A stretch of 64,000 nt of DNA. It comes from Candidatus Cloacimonadales bacterium (GTDB taxonomy: Bacteria > Cloacimonadota > Cloacimonadia > Cloacimonadales > DAONDQ01). Of this stretch, positions 25,801-33,907 are shown piece after piece (within the stretch, counting starts at the first letter, position 1; the number at the start of each line of letters is the position of its first letter). Location of the stretch: contig OY759316.1 of assembly GCA_963662275.1 (NCBI GenBank), positions 192,001-256,000 on the forward strand, given 5' to 3'. A model generated the notes under the pieces. That model ran no database searches. It worked only from the letters and a program-made list of their open reading frames with translations, and was not told where the DNA came from. The position numbers and the translations under genes are program-made.

Positions 25801-28677
25801 AATACATACCTAGTGCTTGCCGGTAATTTGAACGAGTCAAAATTTATGCCGTTGACTTCAGTCGGAGAAGTGTATTATCCGGAAAATTCAGATGATGCTG
25901 TTGTGTCCGTCAGTAGTGCCAGTCTATTGGAATTCAATATTCCTCTGGCAATTTATTCATGTAATCATAAGGCACTTGTTGGTAATCCAATACCTCTGAT
26001 CCACATCACATCAGTGATATACCCCGGACAGCACATCGCACCATTTTTCGATAATTCCTACAACCCTATGACAAGCTCATTTAAGAATTCCTTTAACAGG
26101 TTCCTAACCCATGTTCCAAACGAAATGAATTGTGCAGGTAATTTTTATGCAACTTTCAACACATTACTCAATTCTAAAGTTATTCCGGTTGAATTAGGGA
26201 ATCACAACGGACAGTTGATTCTCGATTTGAACTTCGGAATTACGGAAACAATCATACACAAAATTACAAATCACTCCAAAAGTATGGATGATTTACTTGA
26301 TAGCCAGGGAGCATCACTACTTTCAGCAAATTCCCAAATAATCGATTCTAATTACTTTCTCGAAGTGACCAATATATTTAATGAACCTCTTGCTTATGTT
26401 AAAAAGGGTCTTGGTTCAAACTTCAACAGCGGTTCGTATTTATTTAGGCTTAAGAAGCTGGGATCAACCTTCAAAACGGTTCGGAGTCCAGTTAATTTTG
26501 GCAGTTATTGTACCAATAATGTTTATTTTAATTTAGTACCAGGTGAACAGGCGATTGCACGGCTCAATAACGGTTTACCTCAACCGACACGTACCTGCTT
26601 TCGGGAACAGGGACGAACAATTCGTGAAGAGCAGTATTATGTGGACAGCTCAATGGATTCACTTGTATTCTATCTTGGTTCAGAGGATAATCCCATCTTT
26701 GCATCTCATGGAGCTTATCTCTTGGCTCCTGATAATACAATCATAGATACTCTGTATGCCTTTAACTCTCCAGATGTTGATTTCAGCCAGGATATTGAAG
26801 CCGGATTTGCATATTATTATGTAAGAAATCCTATGGCAGGTTTATGGAAATTACGCTATAACGATGCCCTACCAGATTCTGTTTCAGCTACTTACATTGA
26901 TAGTCCCATCTCCATATCCGTTACTATCCCTGATTCTTCATATGCCATCAGGGAAAGAGTTGATGTTAAACTGCCATTGCCAAAGCCTATAACCTATACC
27001 CAACCTCAATTCATGGTAGGTCTCAGCTATGTGGATTCAACGGGTGTTAATCACATAATAGGCAATATCACATCTACCAATAATCCTGCAGATTCATCTT
27101 ATTCCTGCTTTTTCATACCAGTAAATCCAGGTAGTTATAGAATCAATGTTGATTTCCAATGTCAATTGGGAACAGAAACTGTCCGCAGGCATTTGGAAAG
27201 TTTTGTGAATGTCCAGGAAATACAGATTCCTCAGTTACTGACTCCTTCTGATGGAACTGCCAATTTGCTGAATCCGGTGACATTGACTTGGAAATCAACC
27301 CCAAGTGCTTCGTCCTATTATTTGGAAATTTATTCCTGGGCTGATTCTTTGCCTGCAGTATCTATCTCTGTAACTGATACCACATATTCCGTAAATAACT
27401 TGTTACCTGGCAGCAAGTATTATTGGCTGGTGCGGTCTGTCAGTCCTTATGGTACAAGCCAATCCTCTTCCATAAATCATTTCTATACAAAAATCAACAG
27501 CCCTGTACTGCTTAGTCCTACTCATAATTCACTGGATATGCCAAAAGTTGTGGATCTCAACTGGGAAGCTGCCAGGGGCGCAACTTACTACCATTTTCAA
27601 TTATCTGAGTCTCCCACCTTCAGCTTTTGTACAATCAGCGATTCACTCTGCTCAGAAAACAGCTATCAGATCAATGATCTGAGCAATACTCAAACGTATT
27701 ACTGGCGGGTGGCAGCCATTAACGAATATGGAAAAAGTGAATGGTCTCAAGTTTTTTCTTTTACAATAAGAAGATACACGATCAGTTTTCCAGCCAATAT
27801 GCAGAGCAATGAAGATAATATTCTCTCCCTCTACTTGCCTAGATATATTGACGATTTTGATCCAAACAACACCCAAGTCTCTATATCCGGGAATGTGCAT
27901 CTAATTCCAACCTATTTAACGGACAGTATTAATCTTACACCAAATGAGAATTGGTCAGGTCATGAAGATCTAATCCTGACAATCAGCTCTGCTTCCCGAA
28001 CTCAAAATTCTCATGCAGAACAAATGGTGAAGGGACAGAATGATCGAAATACCATCATTGATACAATCAGTGTGGATATACTTCCTGTGAATGATCTGCC
28101 AACGATGTCATTTCAAAATACATTAGTCTTTTGGGATAATGAGTCAACAGTCATTGATTTCACTCCCTTTTTAGGCGATATTGACAACGCAGTTTCAGAA
28201 ATCAGTGTTACAGCAGTTGGAAGTACTCACTTGGGAATTAGAGTTAGAGGAAGAGTGATCAGAATTATTCGGGAAGATGGATGGTATGGAAATGAACCGA
28301 TTACGATTAATCTGTCTAATAGCCTGCGTGGCTCATCAAAGAATATCAATGATTGCAGTTCCTACAATATCAATGTTTTCTTTATCAATTCACAACCTGT
28401 CATCTTTGCTTTCACTATCGCTAACAATATGATGACGCTGAAATGGAATTTGATCAAGGATGCCACTTCCTATCGAGTACTCTCTTCAAGTATTTACTCA
28501 GATAACTTTACCGATATTACCGATACTGGAACGATATACTTCCATAAGAATGAGATTATGTGGCAATCAGCAGCTACAAACCAGGAGAGGTCTTTTTATC
28601 AGGTACAGGCAATTAAAAACCAATTGAGAAATACTGGTGCAGGAAATTCCTTAACAAAAGATCTATTCGAGAGATAA
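22861..28677 (+). CDS. Large secreted multidomain protein: 7 FG-GAP/VCBS repeats, FN3/Ig domains, PGAP1-like alpha/beta-hydrolase, cadherin-like repeats (1938 aa)
   Basis: Seven (W/C)GD(Y/L)DND(G/K)D repeats; YYWSVQA/YYWRVAA FN3 motifs; LLLVHGIG...LAYSMGGLVTR...LGTPNHGS hydrolase motifs; AAGGAG RBS. Confidence 0.82.
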   Translation: MYLAKKLGTFLLKQLKLTLLCVSILCIPLSLVAQFTHIDAGLTGVESGAVAWGDYDNDGDLDILLTGAINSTGNCISKIYCNNGNSTFTSLNAGLTNVDLSAVAWGDLDNDGDLDIILTGNTSSSSVTRITKIYRNNGNSTFTSITTGLISIYCGSVACGDYDNDGDLDILLSGGASTGYISRIYRNDGNFIFTDINAGLPGVSGSVAWGDYDNDGDLDILLTGSSNLGNISRIYRNDGNSTFTDIIAGLPGVYASSVAWGDYDNDGDIDILLTGSTGNEFISKIYHNNGNSTFSAINAGLTGIISGSAAWGDYDNDGDLDVLLSGYSSSRISRIYRNDGNSVFTNISAGLIGVDGCSVAWGDYDNDKDLDFLLSGNWSGDYISYIYRNNINSLNSVPSAPSNLRKSVIGTNLILQWNASSDIQTPSAGLNYVLRIGTASGSYNISSPMANLTTGYRRIPIIGYANSICKWKIDRNSLIQGTTYYWSVQAIDTALGGSSFSAEATFNGNMVYYSISGNILDYQNVGIEGVIITASDVGSCQSQSDGSFQISVPENWNGICSASKTGWVFSPSSKSYSNVCATTTDQNFRGKLAPPIFSVAGGNYSTAQSITLSSLAQGIIKYKYSLLYITPTYYSGTNFWFPINISHNSTIQAIAYIEGQPGTVSDKATASYNIGTGQNDPLNLTVIDSRNQAYSVELTIDKPGLYLNSHINKDIGSSGKVSFIIDDFTNQSHFDSSNLTRISILNEAGIEIGHMKINDLPISKIVTSTINAIIVVHSEHTPFDSPTGYPWQYYAYNERMVSMIIKPPVIRNSKVPLLLVHGIGDSYPHFGENWLSQLQTAKDFDIWQFYYPYDQQIELSAGLLRDALARIQVNNYTLNNGRINILAYSMGGLVTRTYIQSPNYQNNINKLLMLGTPNHGSHSTYRLNKTGYPLTEIANDFLIHQDQNSPAVKEMVPNSYFINGLNASPPRPLFPGANNQNTYLVLAGNLNESKFMPLTSVGEVYYPENSDDAVVSVSSASLLEFNIPLAIYSCNHKALVGNPIPLIHITSVIYPGQHIAPFFDNSYNPMTSSFKNSFNRFLTHVPNEMNCAGNFYATFNTLLNSKVIPVELGNHNGQLILDLNFGITETIIHKITNHSKSMDDLLDSQGASLLSANSQIIDSNYFLEVTNIFNEPLAYVKKGLGSNFNSGSYLFRLKKLGSTFKTVRSPVNFGSYCTNNVYFNLVPGEQAIARLNNGLPQPTRTCFREQGRTIREEQYYVDSSMDSLVFYLGSEDNPIFASHGAYLLAPDNTIIDTLYAFNSPDVDFSQDIEAGFAYYYVRNPMAGLWKLRYNDALPDSVSATYIDSPISISVTIPDSSYAIRERVDVKLPLPKPITYTQPQFMVGLSYVDSTGVNHIIGNITSTNNPADSSYSCFFIPVNPGSYRINVDFQCQLGTETVRRHLESFVNVQEIQIPQLLTPSDGTANLLNPVTLTWKSTPSASSYYLEIYSWADSLPAVSISVTDTTYSVNNLLPGSKYYWLVRSVSPYGTSQSSSINHFYTKINSPVLLSPTHNSLDMPKVVDLNWEAARGATYYHFQLSESPTFSFCTISDSLCSENSYQINDLSNTQTYYWRVAAINEYGKSEWSQVFSFTIRRYTISFPANMQSNEDNILSLYLPRYIDDFDPNNTQVSISGNVHLIPTYLTDSINLTPNENWSGHEDLILTISSASRTQNSHAEQMVKGQNDRNTIIDTISVDILPVNDLPTMSFQNTLVFWDNESTVIDFTPFLGDIDNAVSEISVTAVGSTHLGIRVRGRVIRIIREDGWYGNEPITINLSNSLRGSSKNINDCSSYNINVFFINSQPVIFAFTIANNMMTLKWNLIKDATSYRVLSSSIYSDNFTDITDTGTIYFHKNEIMWQSAATNQERSFYQVQAIKNQLRNTGAGNSLTKDLFER

Positions 28678-28759
28678 GAAATCACATTTCAAACATTATA
28701 AGAACTAAATACAAAAAGAATTCATCATACACTCTAAAGAAACTCAACCATCTCTCAAA

Positions 28760-28814
28760 TCCTGAGAGAATCATATGTGGATCCTGAGAGAGTCCTGAGG
28801 GAGTCCTGAGGGAG
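28760..28814. repeat. 11-bp tandem repeat (TCCTGAGRGAG) x5, one unit degenerate
   Basis: tcctgagagaa/tcatatgtgga/tcctgagagag/tcctgagggag/tcctgagggag. Confidence 0.8.
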
Positions 28815-28999
28815 ACTTTATTGTGCATTCTTTGCAATGTATAATAACGAAAAGGAAACATTTTATTACAGGTTAGTCGGTTTAAAATAATATACTAGTT
28901 TTGAAAAATCTTCTTGACTTAAGGATAATACAAACCTAAAGAAGAAAAAATAAAATAACAGAAAATATGAAAATAACAGCAAACCACTGGAGGCTGATT

Positions 29000-31900
29000 A
29001 TGACAAAAAATCAATTACTTTTTTTGGTTGTATTGCTTCTCGCTTCTGTGTCACTTCTGGCGATTTCCGTCCATGATATCCAATACACGACCATTGCTGG
29101 GACAGATAATACCTACCCATCGTTGTATTTACAACTAACTGTGACACTTACCAACGTTGTTGTGACAGCAAAAAATTATTCAGGAGGCTATACAATTGGA
29201 GATACATGGTTCGTTTCTGATCCTGGAGGCGGACCTTGGTCAGGTTTATTCGTGTATAACCATTCCTTTTTGGATGGAATTTTAGTAGGTGATCTTGTCA
29301 ATATAACAGGTTATATATATGAATATTATGGAACGACTGAATTAGCAGGTGTGACAGCAGTTGAAATAATCAGTCACGGGAATCCAATTCCTGAACCGAT
29401 TAACATCACCACAGGAATCATGACTCAACCTGAACTGATCGAACCTTATGAAAATGTACTTGTCCAAGTTCAGGATGTTACAGTGACAGCTATTCCTTCA
29501 GCTTCAGCAAATTATGAATGGAGTGTGACAGATAACAGTGGTGCCTGTCTAATAGATGATGGGTTTTCAACTGTCCTTATGTGGTCCGGTTTACATACCC
29601 AGCCATTTCTCAATGAAAATTGGGTATTGATAACGGGTATGGTTTTGAGTGTTGCTCCAAGTAATGAAATGACTATTAATCCCCGTTTTTATTCTGATCT
29701 AATTCAACAGGTTGGTATTCACTCAGTTTATGATGTCCAATATACTCCTTTTGCTGGCAATGGCACATATCCATCACAGCTTAGTGATCAAACAATAACC
29801 CTTACAAATGTCATGGTAACTGCGAAGGACTATTCAGGTTCTAACACTGCGGGAAACAAATGGTTTGTTTCCGATATTGGCGGAGGTCCTTGGTCAGGTT
29901 TGCTCATCAATGATTCATCCTACTATAATAATATTTTAGTTGGTGATATTGTCAATGTCACAGGGACTGTGGCTGAATATAATGGACAAACAGAATTGGG
30001 AGAAGTGACTTCTGTTGAAGTGATTAGTCATGGAAATATACAACCTCGTCCTATCCAGATAACTACGAGTATGATGTCCCAACCAAATCAGATCGAACCC
30101 TATGAAAGTGTTCTTGTGAAAGTCCTGGGAGTAAGAGTGACAACTGCTCCTTCTGTTCCTAATTATGAATGGTATGTAACAGATAACAATGGTCTCTGCC
30201 AGATAGATGACGGTTTTACTCCACTTCTTGCCTGGAATGGGTTAAATCCTTACCCGATAATCAACCAGACTTGGGTGAAGATTGTCGGAATTATTGATTA
30301 TAGTAATAACGAATATGCAATCAACCCTCGTTTTACAACAGATCTGATGCAAACAGGAGATGGTGGTCCCATTTATGAAATCCAATACACAACCGTTGCT
30401 GGCATAGGTAATACATACACATCGCTGTATGTAGGTCAAACTGTCACACTTACTAATGTCGTTGTCAGTGCAAAAGGATATGGAAATATCCAGGGCAATT
30501 CCTGGTTTATATCTGATCCTGCCGGAGGTCCCTGGTCAGGTCTGTATGTTTATGACTATACATTTTATAATAATATTTTAGTTGGGGATATGGTCAATAT
30601 TACGGGAACGATTGTAGAATATTCCGGGTTAACCGAGTTTAATCCTTCAGCAGTTGAAGTGATCAGCCATGGAAATCCAATTCCTGGACCGGTTATTATA
30701 TCAACAGGAATGATGACTCAACCGGAGCAGATCGAACCTTATGAAAGTTCTTTGGTTCAAGTTCAAAATGTTAGGGTGACAGCTATTCCTTCTGCAACTT
30801 ATTATGAATGGTATGTGACTGATAATAGCGGTATTTGTCAAATAGATGATGGTTTTTCAACAGTGCTTACTTGGTCAGGAGTCATTCCTCCAATTTATAT
30901 TAACCAAACTTGGGATATAATCAAGGGTATTGTTGATTACAGCCACAATGCGTATGCAATTAATCCGCGGTTTTATGCTGATTTGAATATACCCGGCAAT
31001 GTTCAATCTGTCCGGACAGTCCAATATACGACAATTGCCGGAGATGGCACATATCCATCACTATTTGCCGGTCAGACAGTGACATTAAATGTCGTAGTCA
31101 CCGCAAAAGGTTACTCGGGTACAAATGGTACTGGAGACAAGTGGTTTGTTTCCGATCTTGCAGGAGGTCCCTGGTCAGGTTTACTTATTAACGATACTGC
31201 TCATGCCGATAGTATTTTGGTTGGAGATCTCGTTTCAGTGTCAGGAACGGTAACAGAAAATAATGGAATGACTGAATTGACTGATGTTACATCAGTTTCC
31301 GTTGTAGGGCACGGCTATTCGGTTCCTCAGCCGATTGTTATCACTACAGACAAGATGACACAACCAGCACAGATTGAACAATATGAAGGTTGTCCTGTCA
31401 TTATTAGTAATGTTTGTGTGACATCTCCTCCATCTGCTGAAAATTATGAATGGTATGTAACAGATAATAGTGGTCAGTGTCAGGTTGATGACGGTTTTAC
31501 TTCAGTACTTGCTTGGAATGGATTGACCCCTTATCCAATAATAGACCAAAACTGGATTCAGATAAAAGGTATAATAGATTATAGTAATAATGAATATGCC
31601 ATCAATCCACGTTTTACTTCGGATTTGATGCAAACAGCAGTTGGTATGTCAGTTCATGATATTCAGTTCACCACAATTGCCGGTGATGGCACATTTCCAT
31701 CCTTGTATTCAGGTCAAACAGTCACAATTGCGAATGTCGTTGTAACAGCTAAAGGCTATTCAGGTTCAACCTTTGCGGGAGATAGGTGGTTTGTTTCCGA
31801 TCCTGCTGGAGGTCCTTGGTCTGGTTTATATGTTTATGATAATACATATTACAATAGTGTTCAAGTTGGCGATCTTGTGCTTGTGACAGGACAGATAACT

Positions 31901-32605
31901 GAATATCTTGGTTTTACTGAATTAGGTCCTCTAACCTCAGTTGTTGTGATTAGTCATGGCAACCCAATACCGGAACCGGTTATTATTACAACTGGTATGA
32001 TGACTCAGCCAGCCAATATCGAACCTTATGAAAGTTCCCTGGTACAAGTCCAAAATGTTAGGGTGACAGCTATTCCAACTGCAACATATTATGAATGGAA
32101 AGTGACGGATCAGGGAGAGAACATTAATCTCGCTCAAATCGATGACGGTTTTTCAAGTGTTCTTACATTTTCTGGAATCACACCTCCTATCTATCTGAAT
32201 GAAACCTGGGCACAGATTCGGGGTATTTGTGATTACAATCATAGTGAATTTGGGATCAATCCACGTTCATATTCAGATTTGAATCGGACAGTTGGTGTAG
32301 ATGATGAACAAACTGCTGCTCCTATAAATAATATGGAAGTATATCCTAACCCCATATTTCAAAATACCCATATCAAAGTGACAGATAACCAGGTAAAGGC
32401 TGGTGAAAAAGTGAATGTCAAAATCTTTAATATTCGAGGACAACTGGTAAGAGGTATCAAGTTAGAGAGCAAGGATAATAATCAATTTGAAGCAGACTGG
32501 GATGGAATTGATCAGAATGGTGGCAAGTGTGCTTCCGGGATATATATGATTCGGACAGATCATGCCGGAAACAGGCTGTCTAAGAAGATTGTGGTGGTGC
32601 ATTAG
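29000..32605 (+). CDS. Secreted protein of five ~215-aa tandem modules (paired OB-fold-like domains) plus C-terminal sorting domain
   Basis: Five repeats of ...QYT...GGPWSGL...VGD.V.(V/I).G...E..G.TE...E.YE...DDGF...INPR; VYPNPIF C-terminal domain; start moved to ATG 29000 after GGAGG. Confidence 0.8.
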   Translation: MTKNQLLFLVVLLLASVSLLAISVHDIQYTTIAGTDNTYPSLYLQLTVTLTNVVVTAKNYSGGYTIGDTWFVSDPGGGPWSGLFVYNHSFLDGILVGDLVNITGYIYEYYGTTELAGVTAVEIISHGNPIPEPINITTGIMTQPELIEPYENVLVQVQDVTVTAIPSASANYEWSVTDNSGACLIDDGFSTVLMWSGLHTQPFLNENWVLITGMVLSVAPSNEMTINPRFYSDLIQQVGIHSVYDVQYTPFAGNGTYPSQLSDQTITLTNVMVTAKDYSGSNTAGNKWFVSDIGGGPWSGLLINDSSYYNNILVGDIVNVTGTVAEYNGQTELGEVTSVEVISHGNIQPRPIQITTSMMSQPNQIEPYESVLVKVLGVRVTTAPSVPNYEWYVTDNNGLCQIDDGFTPLLAWNGLNPYPIINQTWVKIVGIIDYSNNEYAINPRFTTDLMQTGDGGPIYEIQYTTVAGIGNTYTSLYVGQTVTLTNVVVSAKGYGNIQGNSWFISDPAGGPWSGLYVYDYTFYNNILVGDMVNITGTIVEYSGLTEFNPSAVEVISHGNPIPGPVIISTGMMTQPEQIEPYESSLVQVQNVRVTAIPSATYYEWYVTDNSGICQIDDGFSTVLTWSGVIPPIYINQTWDIIKGIVDYSHNAYAINPRFYADLNIPGNVQSVRTVQYTTIAGDGTYPSLFAGQTVTLNVVVTAKGYSGTNGTGDKWFVSDLAGGPWSGLLINDTAHADSILVGDLVSVSGTVTENNGMTELTDVTSVSVVGHGYSVPQPIVITTDKMTQPAQIEQYEGCPVIISNVCVTSPPSAENYEWYVTDNSGQCQVDDGFTSVLAWNGLTPYPIIDQNWIQIKGIIDYSNNEYAINPRFTSDLMQTAVGMSVHDIQFTTIAGDGTFPSLYSGQTVTIANVVVTAKGYSGSTFAGDRWFVSDPAGGPWSGLYVYDNTYYNSVQVGDLVLVTGQITEYLGFTELGPLTSVVVISHGNPIPEPVIITTGMMTQPANIEPYESSLVQVQNVRVTAIPTATYYEWKVTDQGENINLAQIDDGFSSVLTFSGITPPIYLNETWAQIRGICDYNHSEFGINPRSYSDLNRTVGVDDEQTAAPINNMEVYPNPIFQNTHIKVTDNQVKAGEKVNVKIFNIRGQLVRGIKLESKDNNQFEADWDGIDQNGGKCASGIYMIRTDHAGNRLSKKIVVVH

Positions 32606-32610
32606 AAGAA

Positions 32611-32714
32611 GGTGTTAGGTCTTAGGTACTAGGTAACAGCAAAGACGGTTCATTGAGTGATTTCTCGGTCATTGAGCGAAGTCGAAATGCGAGAAATTGT
32701 TTCGAAATGTACCG
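32611..32714. repeat. Heptamer tract followed by a nested CATTGAG...CGAAATG hairpin element
   Basis: ggtgtta/ggtctta/ggtacta/ggtaaca; inner GTCATTGAGCGAAGTCGAAATG enclosed by ATTTCTCG/CGAGAAAT and an outer CATTGAG...CGAAATG. Confidence 0.65.
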
Positions 32715-32848
32715 ATGTTAGAACGTATCTTGGTGCAATCGCTGTTAGCTGTTACCTGTCCGCTGTCAGCTTCTTTTCTCAAATTCATTGACATAAAACC
32801 GATAATAAAAGAACGATTCATAAATTTATACTTGCGATGGAGGTCACT

Positions 32849-33727
32849 ATGCTTCAAGGTTCTTATGTTGCTCTCGTTACGCCGTTTAAACATAACGAAG
32901 TGGATTATAATGCTTTGGAAAAATTACTTGATTTTCACTTGAATAATCATACGGACGGTATGGTTCTGTTAGGAACCACCGCAGAAACAGCTTCCCTGGC
33001 AAACGATGAAAAAGAACGTATCCTGGCTTTTGCCCTGAAGCATCTGAATCATAAACTGCCAATTATGATCGGGACAGGTACTTACAATTTTCATCAGACT
33101 TTAGCTAATACTATTCGAGCTAAGGAATTGGGTGCTGATTATGCTCTCATCGTTACCCCATATTACATCAAACCCACACAGGAAGGAATGTATCAATACT
33201 ATAAAGCGATTGCAGAAAAAGTTGATATGCCGATAGTTCTCTATAATGTGCCGGGAAGAACGGGTGTAAGTATCAGTTCTGAAACGACTGTTCGTCTTGC
33301 GAATGATTTCCAGAACATAGTAGGTATCAAAGAGGCATCAGGCAATTTGGTACAAGTGTCAGAAATTGTCAGAGATTCACCGAAAGGTTTTGTGGTTTTA
33401 TCCGGTGAGGATGCCTTGAATATGCCAATCATGGCTTGTGGCGGTAAAGGCACAGTATCTGTGACAGCCAATATCATTCCTGACCATATGCATCGTTTAA
33501 TCAAAGCATGCTTGAACAACAATTATGAGGAAGCCCTGGATCTGCATTTGGAACAAGTGCTGATAAATCAGCTTATGTTCATAGAAACCAGCCCTACTCC
33601 TGCTAAAACAGCATTGAGCATGATGGGAATGATAAACCCTGATGTCAGGTTACCTTTATACCAATTGAAGGATGAAAATCGCTTGAAAGTTGAATCTGGA
33701 ATCAGGAAATTTGGATTGATAAAGTAA
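32849..33727 (+). CDS. dapA: 4-hydroxy-tetrahydrodipicolinate synthase
   Basis: ALVTPF, GTTAE, VTPYYIKPTQEG, LYNVPGRTG, Schiff-base lysine in GIKEASG; ATG 32849 follows GGAGG. Confidence 0.95.
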   Translation: MLQGSYVALVTPFKHNEVDYNALEKLLDFHLNNHTDGMVLLGTTAETASLANDEKERILAFALKHLNHKLPIMIGTGTYNFHQTLANTIRAKELGADYALIVTPYYIKPTQEGMYQYYKAIAEKVDMPIVLYNVPGRTGVSISSETTVRLANDFQNIVGIKEASGNLVQVSEIVRDSPKGFVVLSGEDALNMPIMACGGKGTVSVTANIIPDHMHRLIKACLNNNYEEALDLHLEQVLINQLMFIETSPTPAKTALSMMGMINPDVRLPLYQLKDENRLKVESGIRKFGLIK

Positions 33728-33735
33728 ATATAAAC

Positions 33736-33829
33736 GTGGAGTAGGATTCCAATCCTACTGAATACGAAACACTAGAACGTAGTTTCCTGAAGAAAACTTC
33801 AGTGGCATAAGATTCCGATCTTATGGAAC
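33736..33829 (+). repeat. Two GTGG-type REP-like hairpins (33736-33763, 33802-33829)
   Basis: GTGG-AGTAGGAT-tcca-ATCCTACT-GAA and GTGG-CATAAGAT-tccg-ATCTTATG-GAA. Confidence 0.75.
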
Positions 33830-33907
33830 ACGATACTATAACCTCTTGAAGTAGGCGTCACAAGTGTTACAAAATAGATTTAAAAAATATGGATAGTAGG
33901 AGTTACA

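Noticed and set aside
32641..32848. Lysine riboswitch upstream of dapA
   Set aside because: I could not find the conserved AGAGG(U/C)GC-type start or a terminator before the RBS; the -35-like box at 32788 leaves too short a leader.
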